Assembly (NCBI GenBank): GCA_025594325.1
Contig: JANHCV010000013.1
Span: 868,001 to 932,000 of the forward strand
DNA length: 64,000 nt
DNA from: Blastocladiella emersonii ATCC 22665
Lineage: Eukaryota > Fungi > Blastocladiomycota
Direction of reading: 5' to 3'
The notes beneath the pieces are model-generated. The model did not search any database, was not told the DNA's origin, and saw only the letters and a list, made by a program, of their open reading frames with translations. A program made the translations under genes and the position numbers. Positions 10,277 through 21,949 of this stretch are shown piece after piece. Numbering within the stretch: position 1 is the first letter of the stretch; the number at the start of each line of letters is the position of its first letter.

Positions 10277-13200
10277 ATGAAACCAAAGAAGCTGATGCAT
10301 TTAAAGCCCGCCACTGGCGGCAACCGATCGGGCTCCGCCAACAAGGCTGACCAGCCGGACGTGCAGATCCCGACGCTCTTGACGTGTCGCACGCCGTACC
10401 GAACCGGACGCTTTCGCCCGTTCCGCCATCGGCCTCCGCACGACCTGTTCCTGCACCACGATGCTTCTACGCGTACCGAGCTGAAAGCGCTCCTGTGCGG
10501 ATGCGGCGACCTGGCACAAGTAGCTCGGACCGTGTCTGTCGCAGCGGCCAAGAGTACTACTGCGACGCTCTCGTTTACGCTCAACGACTGGGAGTCCGAG
10601 GTGCTTGCGCGGAACTTTCTCATCCTGCATGCCATTGCTCACGTTTCGCCAGGCGAGGTCGGTCTGTCGACGCTCGCCCGCTGGGTCGGTCGGCTTTGGT
10701 ACTCGCACTTTCTCGATCCCGACGCTCGCAACTTTTGGAACAATCAGCTGCGTGCTTGCCTCGATATGGACTGGCTCAACGTTCCGGCGGACTCGTCCCT
10801 GCGTGTTGCAAACGAGTCGACCTTGCTCGAGCTCCGCCGCTGCTGGAGCGCTTGGCTTGAAGTTGACTGGTCCGTCGATGCTCTCCTAGCCAAACGGGAT
10901 CAGTTCAACGAGGAGTGCGGTGACAGCTGTTCTGCACCGGGTTACTATTTTGCGGATCTTACAGCTGACTCGACCAGCAAGATGGAATCTCAATACCGCG
11001 GTGTGCTTCAGCGCTCGCAACTTGCGCGCATTACGTCCAACCTCGGGCGCCTGGCAGATTCGGGTGCCTTCACTCTTGCAGGTCGCGGCCAAGCGGACTT
11101 TGAACCGGTTGTGAATCCGACGATGCTTCTCATCGCGAGCGACGGGGCTCCGTATTTTGCTGCCATGTCGGACTATCCTCCCAGTCACTTCTTTGATCTC
11201 CTACTTTTCCGTGGCACTCCCGAGTCGGCCATTCTCGCCACGCTTCGCGAGTGGGTCGGCGCGCTTCGTGCCGCCATGCAGGGTGACGGCTTTCGGGTTA
11301 GCATCTCCTTCATTCACGGACATGCAGTTGCAGTCATGGAAGCGCTCGCAGCGGATCCCATGGCGCGGTTAGACGTCATTAATACCGACAGACTCAAGGT
11401 CGACTGCGGTCTTTTAACCATTCTCATCCACGGATCCGTGTTGCTCCGTCACAGCGACGACTTTGCCGAGCGCGCTCGAATGTTTACGTTTTCCATCGAT
11501 GAAAAAGATTACGACCTGGGCGGCTACAAAAAGCATTTTGATTTCACCACCGGGCTTCCACACGAAGCCTTTCCTGCGCTCTTTGGCGTTGCGCTCGTTG
11601 AACAATCAAGCGTGGCCAATGCGGCGACTTGGTTCCAGCCCTTTGCGTGGATGTTTGATCCCGAGGACGATGGCACCGTTTACAGCTTCACATTTGCAAA
11701 GCTGCCGCACCCTGCTGTCCCGACGGCGCTTGATTCTTCCCCATTCTTGCGCACCGCGTTGCTCAATTGCACGCACCAACACGCACTGCAAGCCTCTCGA
11801 TGTACGATCCGTTCTCTGTTGACACGAACTCGTAATGAGATGTTAACCATGAGCACTTTAGTCGGGCAGACCACTTTGTCCGTCGTGGTCAAACTTCTGG
11901 CATTCGCGCTTGCCTCGGGCAGGCTCGTTTGGTCTGGATCGACCCCTTACACTTCGGCGCCTTGGCCAAAGGACTTGACAGACTTCCTCTACCACCTTTA
12001 CACACCCAAGGGGGCTCTCGAGCAAGCACAGAGTGGCATTCCTTTCGAATTCCACCATTTGATCAACTCTTATGGGTTCCCACTGCGCGAGATGCAGACG
12101 GGTACGCTAAAGCAGACTCTCATTGAGCTTTCCGTTTCCGCGTGCGACGTGCCAACATATTGGGAGTCGTACTTGTCGCTTGAAGTCGACTGGACCTTTC
12201 AATCGGTCCGTCTCGACGCGCTTCACGTTGAGCCGATCCACGGCGATTCTCCACGCCTGCGCGCGATGGCGCTCCTCCCCTGGACCTTGCAAGCTACTTC
12301 GGCCGTAACCAGCTTTGGCGTGTATCGTGAATGGGGGTACGGTGGCAAACGTGAGCTTGTTGGCGGCAAGCTCTTCTCGCTTTCTGAAATCAAGTACTCG
12401 CATGTTCCTGTGAAGCCCAACGCGAAGCTTTTGAACGCGCTTGTGCAGTCTCGCCCAGTGCCGGCCGACCAGGATGACTGGCCGCTCACCGTCGAACACG
12501 TCGCCGAGACGAGCGACCTGATCGAGCTCACTCTCAGGTTTACGCCTGGCGCGTTGACCAAGTTTGGCTTGCTTTCGAAATCGGATGCCAAGTATGAGCG
12601 CGGCGCCGTGACGATTCTTGTTGACGGCGTGCGCCAGACGATGCGGGTCTCGACGCCAGTCTTCATCACCAACGTCCAGATTGCGCGCAAGCAGGGCCGC
12701 GTGATGCTCTCGCTCAAGCGCATCATGAACGGATCCAGCGCTGCGGGCCTTGCACACGCGCCGCTTCACATCGGCCGCACGGTGCCCGCTTCACCCAACA
12801 GTCGCCTTCTCACGCACGCGATTAGTGCCTTCATGCACTCGGCCCGCGATTTGGTCCATTCGCTTCACCCATCGGCGCCTCGCACTTTGCGTGACGGCGA
12901 GTCCATGCTGCGCCTTCTCAAGCTCGACCCGGCCAACACGCCCGCCAAGCGCGCCGCGGCGGGCGTCGTGGAGCTTACCCGCGAGCTCTTTGACGCGTAC
13001 TCGGCGGGAATCGAGATCGTCTCGTTGCGCCGCTCAACGGGCGAGCCCGTCGCATTCATTTTCTTTGATCGCGCTGTCTTCTTCCCGTCAGCAGGTGCGG
13101 GGATGGTTCCGACTCCCGCGCTCGAGTGCACCGTCTCACTTGCTGTTTTTTCGCGACGATCTGTACGGCGAAGATGCGCTGCCGCTGTCCGAACGCGAAG

Positions 13201-13484
13201 CGATTCTTGCTGACTACGGCCGCGTACTTCTCGACCAGCGATCGGCCGTGCGCGAGCTGCCGTGGGAGGCGCTTCTGCCCATGTGCCAGATCCCCCTTTA
13301 CGCCATGCCCAGTAGCGCCGCCGCCGTTTCCGATTCGGACCCGCGTGTCGACGCGCCGACTTACGTGGCGCTGCGCAAGGTCATGAAGCGGGTCCTCGTC
13401 CTGCCCGCGTATCCAGTCGGATGCGGTCAAGGCATCGACACGCTCGGCCCGCTGTACCAGGAGTTCATGCTCTTGGGCATCTGA
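10277..13484 (+). CDS. DUF4470-family large protein, copy 1 (one frameshift near the 3' end)
   Basis: Motifs LLCGCGDLAQVARTV, FTLNDWESEVLARNFLILH, GRLWYSHFLD and DVINTD..DCGLL. In-frame 60-nt intron 11802-11861. An extra T in the T6 run at 13146-13151 shifts the last ~110 codons (real mutation or sequencing error). Confidence 0.8.
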
Positions 13485-14057
13485 TCGCGGGACGCGCTCT
13501 GAACCATCCTGTTATGTTTAGTTGCTCATCAATTTGTCTGTCTAATTTCATGCTCGCATCTGTTTCCAACACTCTGCGCGCCAGCTCGTTCACTCGCCTT
13601 CTCGTTGACCAGACGCGTCACGAAATCATGTGAGTGGCGCAACGCGTCGTATGCTCGTTCATGATGTTCAGCTCGGGTCAGATCGCGGTGCTTCGCCCGC
13701 GCAACGATCATCCCCGAGACGTACCGCGTCACATCGTACTCACCCGCTTCACAACGTGCCGGAATCAACGCCCGCGATGCCAACGTTGAGACCGCCGCGT
13801 CGCCAACGTTGCTCGATCTGCGCGCCTTCCGCCGGGCCTCTGTGACGCTGACCGAGCAACACGAGAAGACTCGTGACTCCGAATTGGCAAAGCTCATTTT
13901 TTCGCGCTTCTCCGTTGAATTGGGTGAGGAAATCAATCAGGTTTTTTTTTTGAACAACGATCAGAACAACAACAACAATCTCAAGGGCAGGCACGGTCTC
14001 GATGACCGAACCCCACCCGTCTTGATGAGCGCGCGCACGCCGTGCAGCGACGTCTCC

Positions 14058-15218
14058 TTAGAGGTTGATAATATCCGACATGAACTCGGCGGGGATGTTG
14101 GCGAAGGCAAAGTCGTCGGCCGGGTGGCCGCGGTCGTCGATGACCAGGGGCAGCACCGCGTTGAAGATGACCTCGGCGGTAGCCACCCACAGCTTTTTGT
14201 GAGCAAGGACGATGCCGGGGAAGGCCTTGCCGCCGAGCCCGCGCACGATGTCCGAGACGAGCTCGGTCGCGGCCCTCGGCGTCATACGGTTGGCGTAGAT
14301 GGCGCGGATCGCGGCCGTCGAGCCAAAGTACTCCTGCCCGCCGACGACGCGCAAGCGCGAGTTGATGCCGAAGTGCGCGGTGAGCCCGAGGATGAGCGTG
14401 CGGCGATTGGCGGCGATGGCCTCCTCGGCCGCGTCGTCGGCCGCGACGATCTGCTGGATCAAGAGCGGGATGGGGACCGGCGCGTCGTCGAGCTCGGCCG
14501 TGGCGGTCGCGGGACCGACGTCGTCGCTGACCTGGTCCTGCGCACCGACGTGACCCACGTTGCCCTCGATCTCGCCGCCGTTGAGCTCCGAAATCGCGTC
14601 AGCGGGACCGACGTCGTCACCGACCGTCTCCTGCGCACCGACTTGGTTCACGTTGCCCTCGACCTCGCCAACCTCCGACGCCGTGTCCGTGTCCGAGTGC
14701 GAGTCACCGCCGTGCTCGAGTGCCTTGACGGCGGCCTGGTCGATTCCGAGATCGAGCGAGTCCTCGTCGTCGCCGACGACCGACCACTGGTCGTCACCCG
14801 CGTCAATCGAGTCGTGGATGGCGAGGCCCGACTCGGGCGCGAGCGCGTCTTGGTCTTGAGCGGCAGCGGCCGAGCCAGGACCCGCCGAGTCGCCGCCGGC
14901 GTCGGCCACGGGGGCAGCGGCGGGAACCGGGTCCTTGGTGACGGCCTGGACGTCGAGGTCGTGGATGGCGAGACCCGACTCGAGCGCGAGCGCGCCTTGG
15001 GCTTGGCCGTGGACCGAGTCGATGCCGTCGTCGCCGTCAGCCGCGGTCTCAGCAGCGACGGGCGCCCAGTCGTGGTCGATGACGCGGGACGAGACCTTGT
15101 CGTCGGTCAGCGGGCCGGGGAGGCGCGTCATCTCGAAGACGACGACGTGGCGCGAGGTGCCGACGAGCAGGGTGGCGTCGTCCAGGTTGAGCGGGGGGAA
15201 GGGGATGCGGGCGGTCAT
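14058..15218 (-). CDS. Hypothetical acidic protein with internal repeats
   Basis: 386-aa intronless ORF from ATG 15218, GC-rich codons, TATAAAA about 90 bp upstream. Duplicated ESGLAIHD and EGNV..VGAQ..V.DDVGPA units. Confidence 0.6.
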   Translation of the reverse strand: MTARIPFPPLNLDDATLLVGTSRHVVVFEMTRLPGPLTDDKVSSRVIDHDWAPVAAETAADGDDGIDSVHGQAQGALALESGLAIHDLDVQAVTKDPVPAAAPVADAGGDSAGPGSAAAAQDQDALAPESGLAIHDSIDAGDDQWSVVGDDEDSLDLGIDQAAVKALEHGGDSHSDTDTASEVGEVEGNVNQVGAQETVGDDVGPADAISELNGGEIEGNVGHVGAQDQVSDDVGPATATAELDDAPVPIPLLIQQIVAADDAAEEAIAANRRTLILGLTAHFGINSRLRVVGGQEYFGSTAAIRAIYANRMTPRAATELVSDIVRGLGGKAFPGIVLAHKKLWVATAEVIFNAVLPLVIDDRGHPADDFAFANIPAEFMSDIINL

Positions 15219-15908
15219 GGTGTAGTAGGGCGAGGGGAAGCGGAGGGGCAGGTGCGTGCTCGCTTGAGGGAGAGAGGATGGGAGGGCGGGGGCGCGGGCG
15301 GGTTTTATAGTCCCGCGGCGACGGCGGCCTACGGTGCGCGTGCGCGTGCTGGACGCCCGCTCGACGCCCGCTCGACGCGCGGGCTTCGCTCGCGTTCGCC
15401 GTCGCCGTTCGCCTTCGATGAAGGAAGCGGAACAGTAAAGCCGCGCACCGCACCGCACCGCACGGTGGCGTAATTTGGGCGCATGGGTCATGCGGTCGGT
15501 CACGCGGGCGCGCTGCTGCGCCGCGATTGGTTGCGCGTTGAGCCGCTGTGGCGTCATGTCTCCCACACGCTCTTTACTGTGGTCTCACGGGCGCACGGAG
15601 CGGAGCGGGTCGGCGCAGCGGATCGACCAGCAGCTCGTCGCCCGTGAGGGAAGGCCACGGCCGCTGTTCTCGCCGCCGTTGACGGCCGTGCTGGGCGCGC
15701 GACCCTCGCCGCGTCCCGGCGAGGCCCCACCGTGATGCTCGCCGGGTGCGGGTGGTGATCGCGCTCGCTCATGGGTGTGGGTCCCGAGCATCAGTTTCGC
15801 TCAGCCCGCCTGCCACGTCGCGGCACGACCCTCTCACCGCGACCGAGTCGAGTCGAGTAAACGTGTTATGTATGATATCCCCTCCACCCGCGCGCGTGTT
15901 GATCCCCG

Positions 15909-17117
15909 CTACCCGCTCTTGCCGCACGCCGTGGTCGCCCCCGCCGCCGCCGTCCCGGCCGCGTCGAGCTCGCGGCAGCACTCGCACGTGAGGTGGTGGT
16001 CGGGGTCGTCGAGGAACAGGGGCGGGAACAGGTCTACACTCACCAACGCGTCAGTCGCCCATCGTCACCGACCCGACGCAACCGTACCGCGCAGCTGCTC
16101 GAGCTGCTTGGCCGTGAGCTTGTCCGTGACCGTGGCAAAGTACTCTGCGCCCGCACCAGCCGTTGTCGGAGCGGGCGCGGCCTTCTGCTTCGCACGCAGC
16201 TCGGCGTTCTCCTTGCGCAGCTTGGCCGCCTCGGCCGCGAGCTTCCTGTTCTCGTCGGCGAGCCGCTTGTTGTCGGCGGCGAGCAGGGCGTTGGCCGCGG
16301 TGAGTTGCGTGTTGGACTCGCGCAGGCCCGCGTCCTACGTTCTCTCGTCAGCTCCTTCGCACGCGCCATGGTCCCCATCGCGTCATCGTACCCGACTAAC
16401 GCGCTCCTCGAGCTCGCGACACTCGCGCCGCACCCTTGCGATCTCGTTCTCGGTGCGCCGCATCGCGATCTCGGCCTGCGCCACCGCCGCCGCCGCCGCA
16501 GTACCCTCGTCGTGCACCGCCGCGGCCGGGACTGGAACCAGCAGCGCGTGCCGCGCGCGGTCGAACTCGCCGCGCATCAGCTCGACCTGCTGCCACAGGT
16601 GAAAGTTCTCGAGCGCCAGCGCGTCGAGGTTCCCGCGCACGTTTGGCGGCGGCGGCACGGGCGGCGCGGTGTCGGTCGCCATCCCGCCGGTCCCGGCGGC
16701 GGCCTTGCGCGTGTGCGGGAGCTGGAGCGGGCCGGCGATGGGGTCAGACGAAGCCGGCGGCGGTGCAGAGGCGGCGGCGGGCGCGGGTACGGGTGTCGCG
16801 GTCGCCAGCCCACCGGCGCCGGCACTAGCCCTGCGCGTCTGCATCTTCAAGAACTGGAGCTGGAGCGGGCCTGCGGGGGAGACGGACGAAGTCGACGGTG
16901 CAGCAGCTGTTGCGGCGGCGGGGGCGGGTACGGGTGCCGCGGTCGCCATCCCCCCGCCGTTACCGGCGCCGGCCTTGCGCGTCTGCGGGAGCTGGAGCGG
17001 GCCGGCGAAGTGGAAGGTCGGCGGCGGCGCGGCGGCGGGTGCGGTCGCGGTCGCCGCGGGTGTCGCGGGCGGTTTTACGGCCTTGGGTAGTTTCTTCATG
17101 GGCCTGGAGGGTTTCAT
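15909..17117 (-). CDS. Hypothetical coiled-coil protein (3 exons) with a triplicated N-terminal unit
   Basis: Two canonical GTACG...CTGAC...TAG introns (~16335-16390 and ~16035-16085) join the frames. AGPLQL..TRKA.AG.GGMAT occurs three times, followed by a long heptad region and a C-terminal CECC. Confidence 0.65.
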
Positions 17118-17298
17118 TGCCGCGAGTCGACGGACGCGGGGAGGGAGAAGCGAGCGGCGGCGCGCGCGTCCGTTTCGGGCACCCGCCACCTCGCGTCGCG
17201 TCGAAGCCGCACACGTGGCCGGCACCCGCGACGCGTCTCGCGCGTCTCGCCCTCTCGCTTCGCGGCGGTTGAATTCAACGCTCTCGTGTATTCACGGG

Positions 17299-18883
17299 CT
17301 ATACGACACCCATCCCTCCACCGCGTTCGCTCCCGCCTGCTCGCTCCACTCCCGCTGCCGCTGGCGGACGCATCATCGGCTGCCGCCACTCGGCGCCGGC
17401 CGCCGCGCTGGCCGACCACACGCCCGCCCCTGGCGCGGCCACCTCGCCGCCATCCCCTCCCTGCCCGCCGCCGTGGAAGAACGCGACCCACATGCGCTCA
17501 AGCCGGTGCATCCCCTCGGCCGCCTGCGCCTGCGTCATGGCCGCGGGGTCGAGCGCCGCGGGCTGGTCCGCGGGGGCGGGGGCGGTGAGAAGCGTGTCCC
17601 ACGCGCGCACCAGGCGCTGGTTCAGGTCCGCGAGCCCGCGGACGACCGGGTCGGCGGCGGCGTCGAGCGCGGGTGGCGTTGCAGATGTGACGAGCCGCGG
17701 CGCATTGGCGGGCCGAGGCTGTGGCTGCGGGAGAGGTTGTGGAGGCCACACCGCGGCGCTCGTCCCCGCCTGACTCGGCGGCGGTGGGGTGAGGGACAGG
17801 TCCGCGATCGACGACGCGAACGAGGACGGCGCCGAAGATACCGAGGATGACGAGGCCGCGAGCGAGCCGAACTCGCCGCCCGCCGCAGGCGCGAGCGCGA
17901 GCAGCGGGAGGTCCGCCGCGCTGCTTCCCGCCGTCGTGGACTGCGTGCGGCCGAGGAGCTGCACCGACGGCCCCTCGGTGCCGCTGCCGCTACCGCTGCT
18001 CGCCGCCGCGACGGCGGGCGATAGCGGGCCGGGCGGCGACGCGCGGTACGCCGGTACGGGACTCGCGAACGGCTGCTGCTGCCCCGCGTGCGCGAACCCC
18101 ACCGTCGTCGGGACCGCGACGGGCGGGTGCACCAGGTCCCAGTCCGCGGACATGAGCGCCTCCCACTCGAGCCCCGCCGATGCCGGCCGCAGTTGCTGTT
18201 GCTGGGACGCGGAAACGAGTCCGCGCGCGGCGGCGACGGACGGCGGGATCAGGCCCGCGTGGGGTTTCGGCGTGGGCGCGGGGTGGTAGTCCATGTACGC
18301 GTGCGGTACGGGCCCGCGCGAGTACCCGATCGCGGGGCCGTGGTACAGCCCGCCGTAGTGGGCGCCGGCGTCGAGCTGCGCGTGTTGCTGCTGTTGGTGC
18401 TGGTACGCGGGCGCGGGGAGAGAGGGTGACGCGGTTGAAGAAGAAGGTGAAGGCGCGGTGGCGGGTGAGGATTTGGTCTGTTGCATGAACATGGCGAGCG
18501 ACATCTACACAAGCTCCGAGCTTAAGTCAGCGCGAATGGAACGTGTGTACGGCGCAGGGTACCTTGACGGGCTTCCCGCGCTTCCTCGACCCGCCACCGC
18601 CGCCTCCGCCGCTGCTCGTAGACGCGGACGGGCACGAAGGGGTCCCGCCTCCACCGTGCGCGCCGCCGCCACCGCCGCTACCCGTCGACTAGATAACCCA
18701 GATCGCGCGTGAGCGTGAGCCACCGCCTCACGATGCACAGCACGCAGTAGTACAGACATGGTCCGACGCTTGGTCGTTCAACTCCGAGGCCGACGACGCG
18801 ACCGACGACGACGTCGACGAAGTCCGAGTGCTCGCCGGGAGCCCGTGATGCGAGTGTGGGCCCGGCAAGGACGCGGAGATCAT
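17299..18883 (-). CDS. Hypothetical low-complexity (Ser/Pro/Ala/Gln-rich) protein, 3 exons
   Basis: 401-aa terminal exon preceded by a GTACCC...GCTGAC...GTGTAG intron, giving ...GSRKRGKPVK|MSLAMFMQQT, plus another intron starting at 18757. Confidence 0.55.
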
Positions 18884-19407
18884 GGTGTGCGCTTCACCGC
18901 GGTTTGATCGTGTAGGCGTTGCATTCAGCGTGCGCAGGATGGGTTGCTGCGAGTTAAGAATTCATTCGACCGATGAGGGTGCGTGAGGGAAGGGGAGAGG
19001 AGGGGAGGGGAGAGAGGAGACGCGTCGAGAGCCGCGCGGTTGCTGGGTGTGGCGCAACGCGACTCGCGCGATCGCATGACCTCTCGGAAGGGTACGTACG
19101 TTCGCTTCTCTCTCACGCGAAGAGATGCTGAACGCGATGTGCGCAGCACAGGTCTAACCCAAACGCGCAACTCTGTCAACTTTCTCGCTCACAGACTGGG
19201 TCCTCGCCGACGCGCCTACGCGACGGGAGACTCACTCGCCTCACACGCGCGTCGCGCGACGCGACGCGCATGAGCGGCACCGTCATGTGACGTGGGAGAC
19301 ACTCCACCTCGGCGCTCGCCGATCCCGATGCACAGCCGCAGATCGGCCACTAAGGCCGTGTTTATGCCACGAGGAGTTCGTACGAGAATAAGGCGGCGCG
19401 CTCACGC

Positions 19408-19768
19408 TCACGCCTGCTTGCGCGCCAGGTACTCTTGCCGCTTGGCGTCCTTTTTCGCGTCCGTGGTGCTACACACATGTAGGGTCAGCACACGAACCAG
19501 CGGCGAGAGAGGGAGCCGACGTCAGCGTACAGCGGCAGGAGGCACTCGTTCATGGCCTTGAGGTGCGGGCGGCACTTCCACACCACCGACAGGTACCGGT
19601 CCCTGCAGCACTCGGTGTAGGCTAGATGGTTTGGTTATCCAGTCAGCGAAGGGAACCGTTGGACCGCCGCGGGAACGCACCAACGACAAGGTCGTTGCAC
19701 GACATGAGCGCCTCGCGCTTCACCTCGCGGAGCACCTCCTCCTCTTCCTTGCGGGTCAGCGTCTTCAT
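19408..19768 (-). CDS. CMC1: Mitochondrial twin CX9C protein, cytochrome c oxidase assembly factor (Cmc1 family)
   Basis: Three exons splice to MKTLTRKEEEEVLREVKREALMSCNDLVVAYTECCRDRYLSVVWKCRPHLKAMNECLLPLTTDAKKDAKRQEYLARKQA*, with the twin CX9C pattern. Confidence 0.85.
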
Positions 19769-19965
19769 TGCGATGAGTGGTGGGTGGCGCAGTGCGAGTG
19801 CGGCGATGGGGGTCGGGAGAGGTGGGGCCGTGGGGCCGTGCGAGAGCGCAACACCGCCGAAGCGAGATCTGCGCCTCCCACGTGATGCCTACTTCCTACT
19901 CTTCTTCTCGTCTCGCGTCTGTGGTGCTCAAAAACCATCCGATACATTTGCTCCTCACTCAGAAC

Positions 19966-21436
19966 TTACATGCCGAAGGCCGCAAACGCCGCCGCGACGG
20001 CCGCGCCAATCGCGGCCTTGCCGAGGGCACCCGCATCCACACCGGCCGCCGCCGCGACCTGGCTCGCCGCGTCCTGGCTCCCCGTCGCACCCTGCTGGTT
20101 CTGACCCTGCTGGAGCTTCTTGACGCCGTCGGGGGTCCAGGCGTTGTTGCCCGAGATGTTGCGGAGGTCGGCGAGCGTCGGGATCGGCTTGCCCTCGGCC
20201 TTGAGCCGCTGGAGGTAGGTCAGGACCGACCGAAATGCGCGGTTCCACCCCTCGATCATCTCGGGCGGCATGTTCATGCCCATGGCCTTGAAGAAGGACT
20301 CGGGGATCGTCTCGAACGGCGGGATCCACGTCGACGCGTCCGTAGAGGGAGCCGAAGAGTCCTTGCCGCCGTTGGCGCCGTCGGTCGGCGTGGCCGTGGG
20401 CGCGGCCGACGTCGTGGTGGCCGTGGCCGAGGCGGAGGTGGTCGAGGTGGCGGCAGCCGACGAGGACGAGGTGGACTTGGGCGGGTCGACGGCCGACGGC
20501 GCGTTCACGTTGTCGTACGTGTAGCACTCGGAACCCGACGAGTACGCGAGCAGGGCGCCGACGGACCGGCCGAGGAACGACTGGTTCATGTCCATGTTGG
20601 CCTTGCTGTTGACGTTCTGCCACATGGCGAGGTACCGGTCGAGCCCGATGTGGAACGGGTAGAAGAGCGGGTCGGCCGTCGACTGCGTCGTGTAGAAGAG
20701 CGGCGAGTCCGGGAACGACGAGTGCACGCGGTTGTGGCACACGCCCTCGAGCTGCGTCGAGAAGGCCGTGTACTCGGGCGCACCGCGGATCATGGACGCA
20801 ATCACGGCGCTCGCGCACCCGCCCCAGTTGCCCTGCGGCGCCACGCGCTTCAGGCAGGCGCCGTTCAGCTTGAACGAGTCGTACGGCGCACCCACGCAGT
20901 CGCCGTTCGCGCCCAGCAGGTCCGACGCGAAGATGCCCGACGCCGCCGGGTTCGCCGCGTCCGCCGAAAGGTCAATGTACGGCGCACCGCTCAGACCGCC
21001 GCCCGCGGCCGCCAGCAGCTCGTTCTCGAACTGCAGGTTGAAGGCGCGGTGCCTAAACGTGGGGGCGGGAGAGAGCGGAGGGTGTGAGTTCAGGGACCAC
21101 CGGACTCGAAACGTGGCGTCGTCGTCGCCGACCTCGACCACCGCCACGGCGCCGCCAAGAATCAACGCACCACAGCAGAAAGTTGGGCGACCCGTGCGCA
21201 ATCCCGACGTTGGCCGTGTGGGTAGCGCGGAGCCGGTCCATGGCGCCCGACGTGTACAGGTTGGTGAACCCGCGGCGCAGCGCGGCCCGCTCCGACGACG
21301 ACAGGCTGCGAATCTCCTTGCGCACGCGGCACTGCGCGGCCACGGGGTCGGCGGCCGCCGCGAGCAGCGTCGTCACGACGGCGAGCGCGGCCAGGAGGGC
21401 GAGGAGAGGGGAGGAGGTGCGGCGGGAGGTGGCCAT
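19966..21436 (-). CDS. Secreted tyrosinase / di-copper centre protein with a Ser/Thr-rich stalk and hydrophobic C-terminus
   Basis: Signal peptide, then CRVRKEIRSLS, CuA HTANVGIAHGSPNFLLW|HRAF (intron inside W-H), and CuB HNRVH...TADPLFYPFHIGLD. C-terminal AAIGAAVAAAFAAFGM is a possible GPI signal. Confidence 0.9.
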
Positions 21437-21949
21437 CTTGGGGGAGAGAAGGGAGAAGGGCTGCTGGTCTATAAAGGGGGATATCTCACCGGGCTGCACA
21501 CGGAGCGGCACCGGGATTCTATGAAGGCGGGAGGGTGGGAGGCGAGGTGTGTAGACCGGCTCTATGAAGATGCGGACAGGGACGAGAGAGGGAGAGAGAA
21601 GGGACGACCGAAACGGGCGCGGTCCCTGCAGGGACGACGCCGGATCGCAAGGGACGGGCGCCGCCCGCATGTGACCCGAGCCAGCGGACTCGAATGAGGC
21701 GGCGTGGCGTTCCGCAGCACCCTCCCCCGCCTGATTGGTCGCACCAGCCACCTCCACCCAGTGGTCATTTCGCGCTTCCGGTTCATTTCGGGGGGCACCG
21801 AACGTGAGTGGCGCGGCGCGTCGAGTCGTCGCGGCGGCGGAGGGCCGGCGTGGTTCGGCTCTCATCGCTCGAGCCCCTCTCTCGTAACGCTGAAGGTGGT
21901 GAGCAAACAGAGCCGAATGTATTCATCCCCGCCGCGAGCGCCCGAGTCG

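Noticed and set aside
13548-13960. Putative spliced plus-strand gene using a GTGAGT donor at ~13630
   Set aside because: The apparent donor is part of the recurrent composite motif, and the product has no recognisable features or stop of its own.
13809-15473. 554-aa plus-strand ORF
   Set aside because: Mostly the antisense shadow of the 14058-15218 gene.
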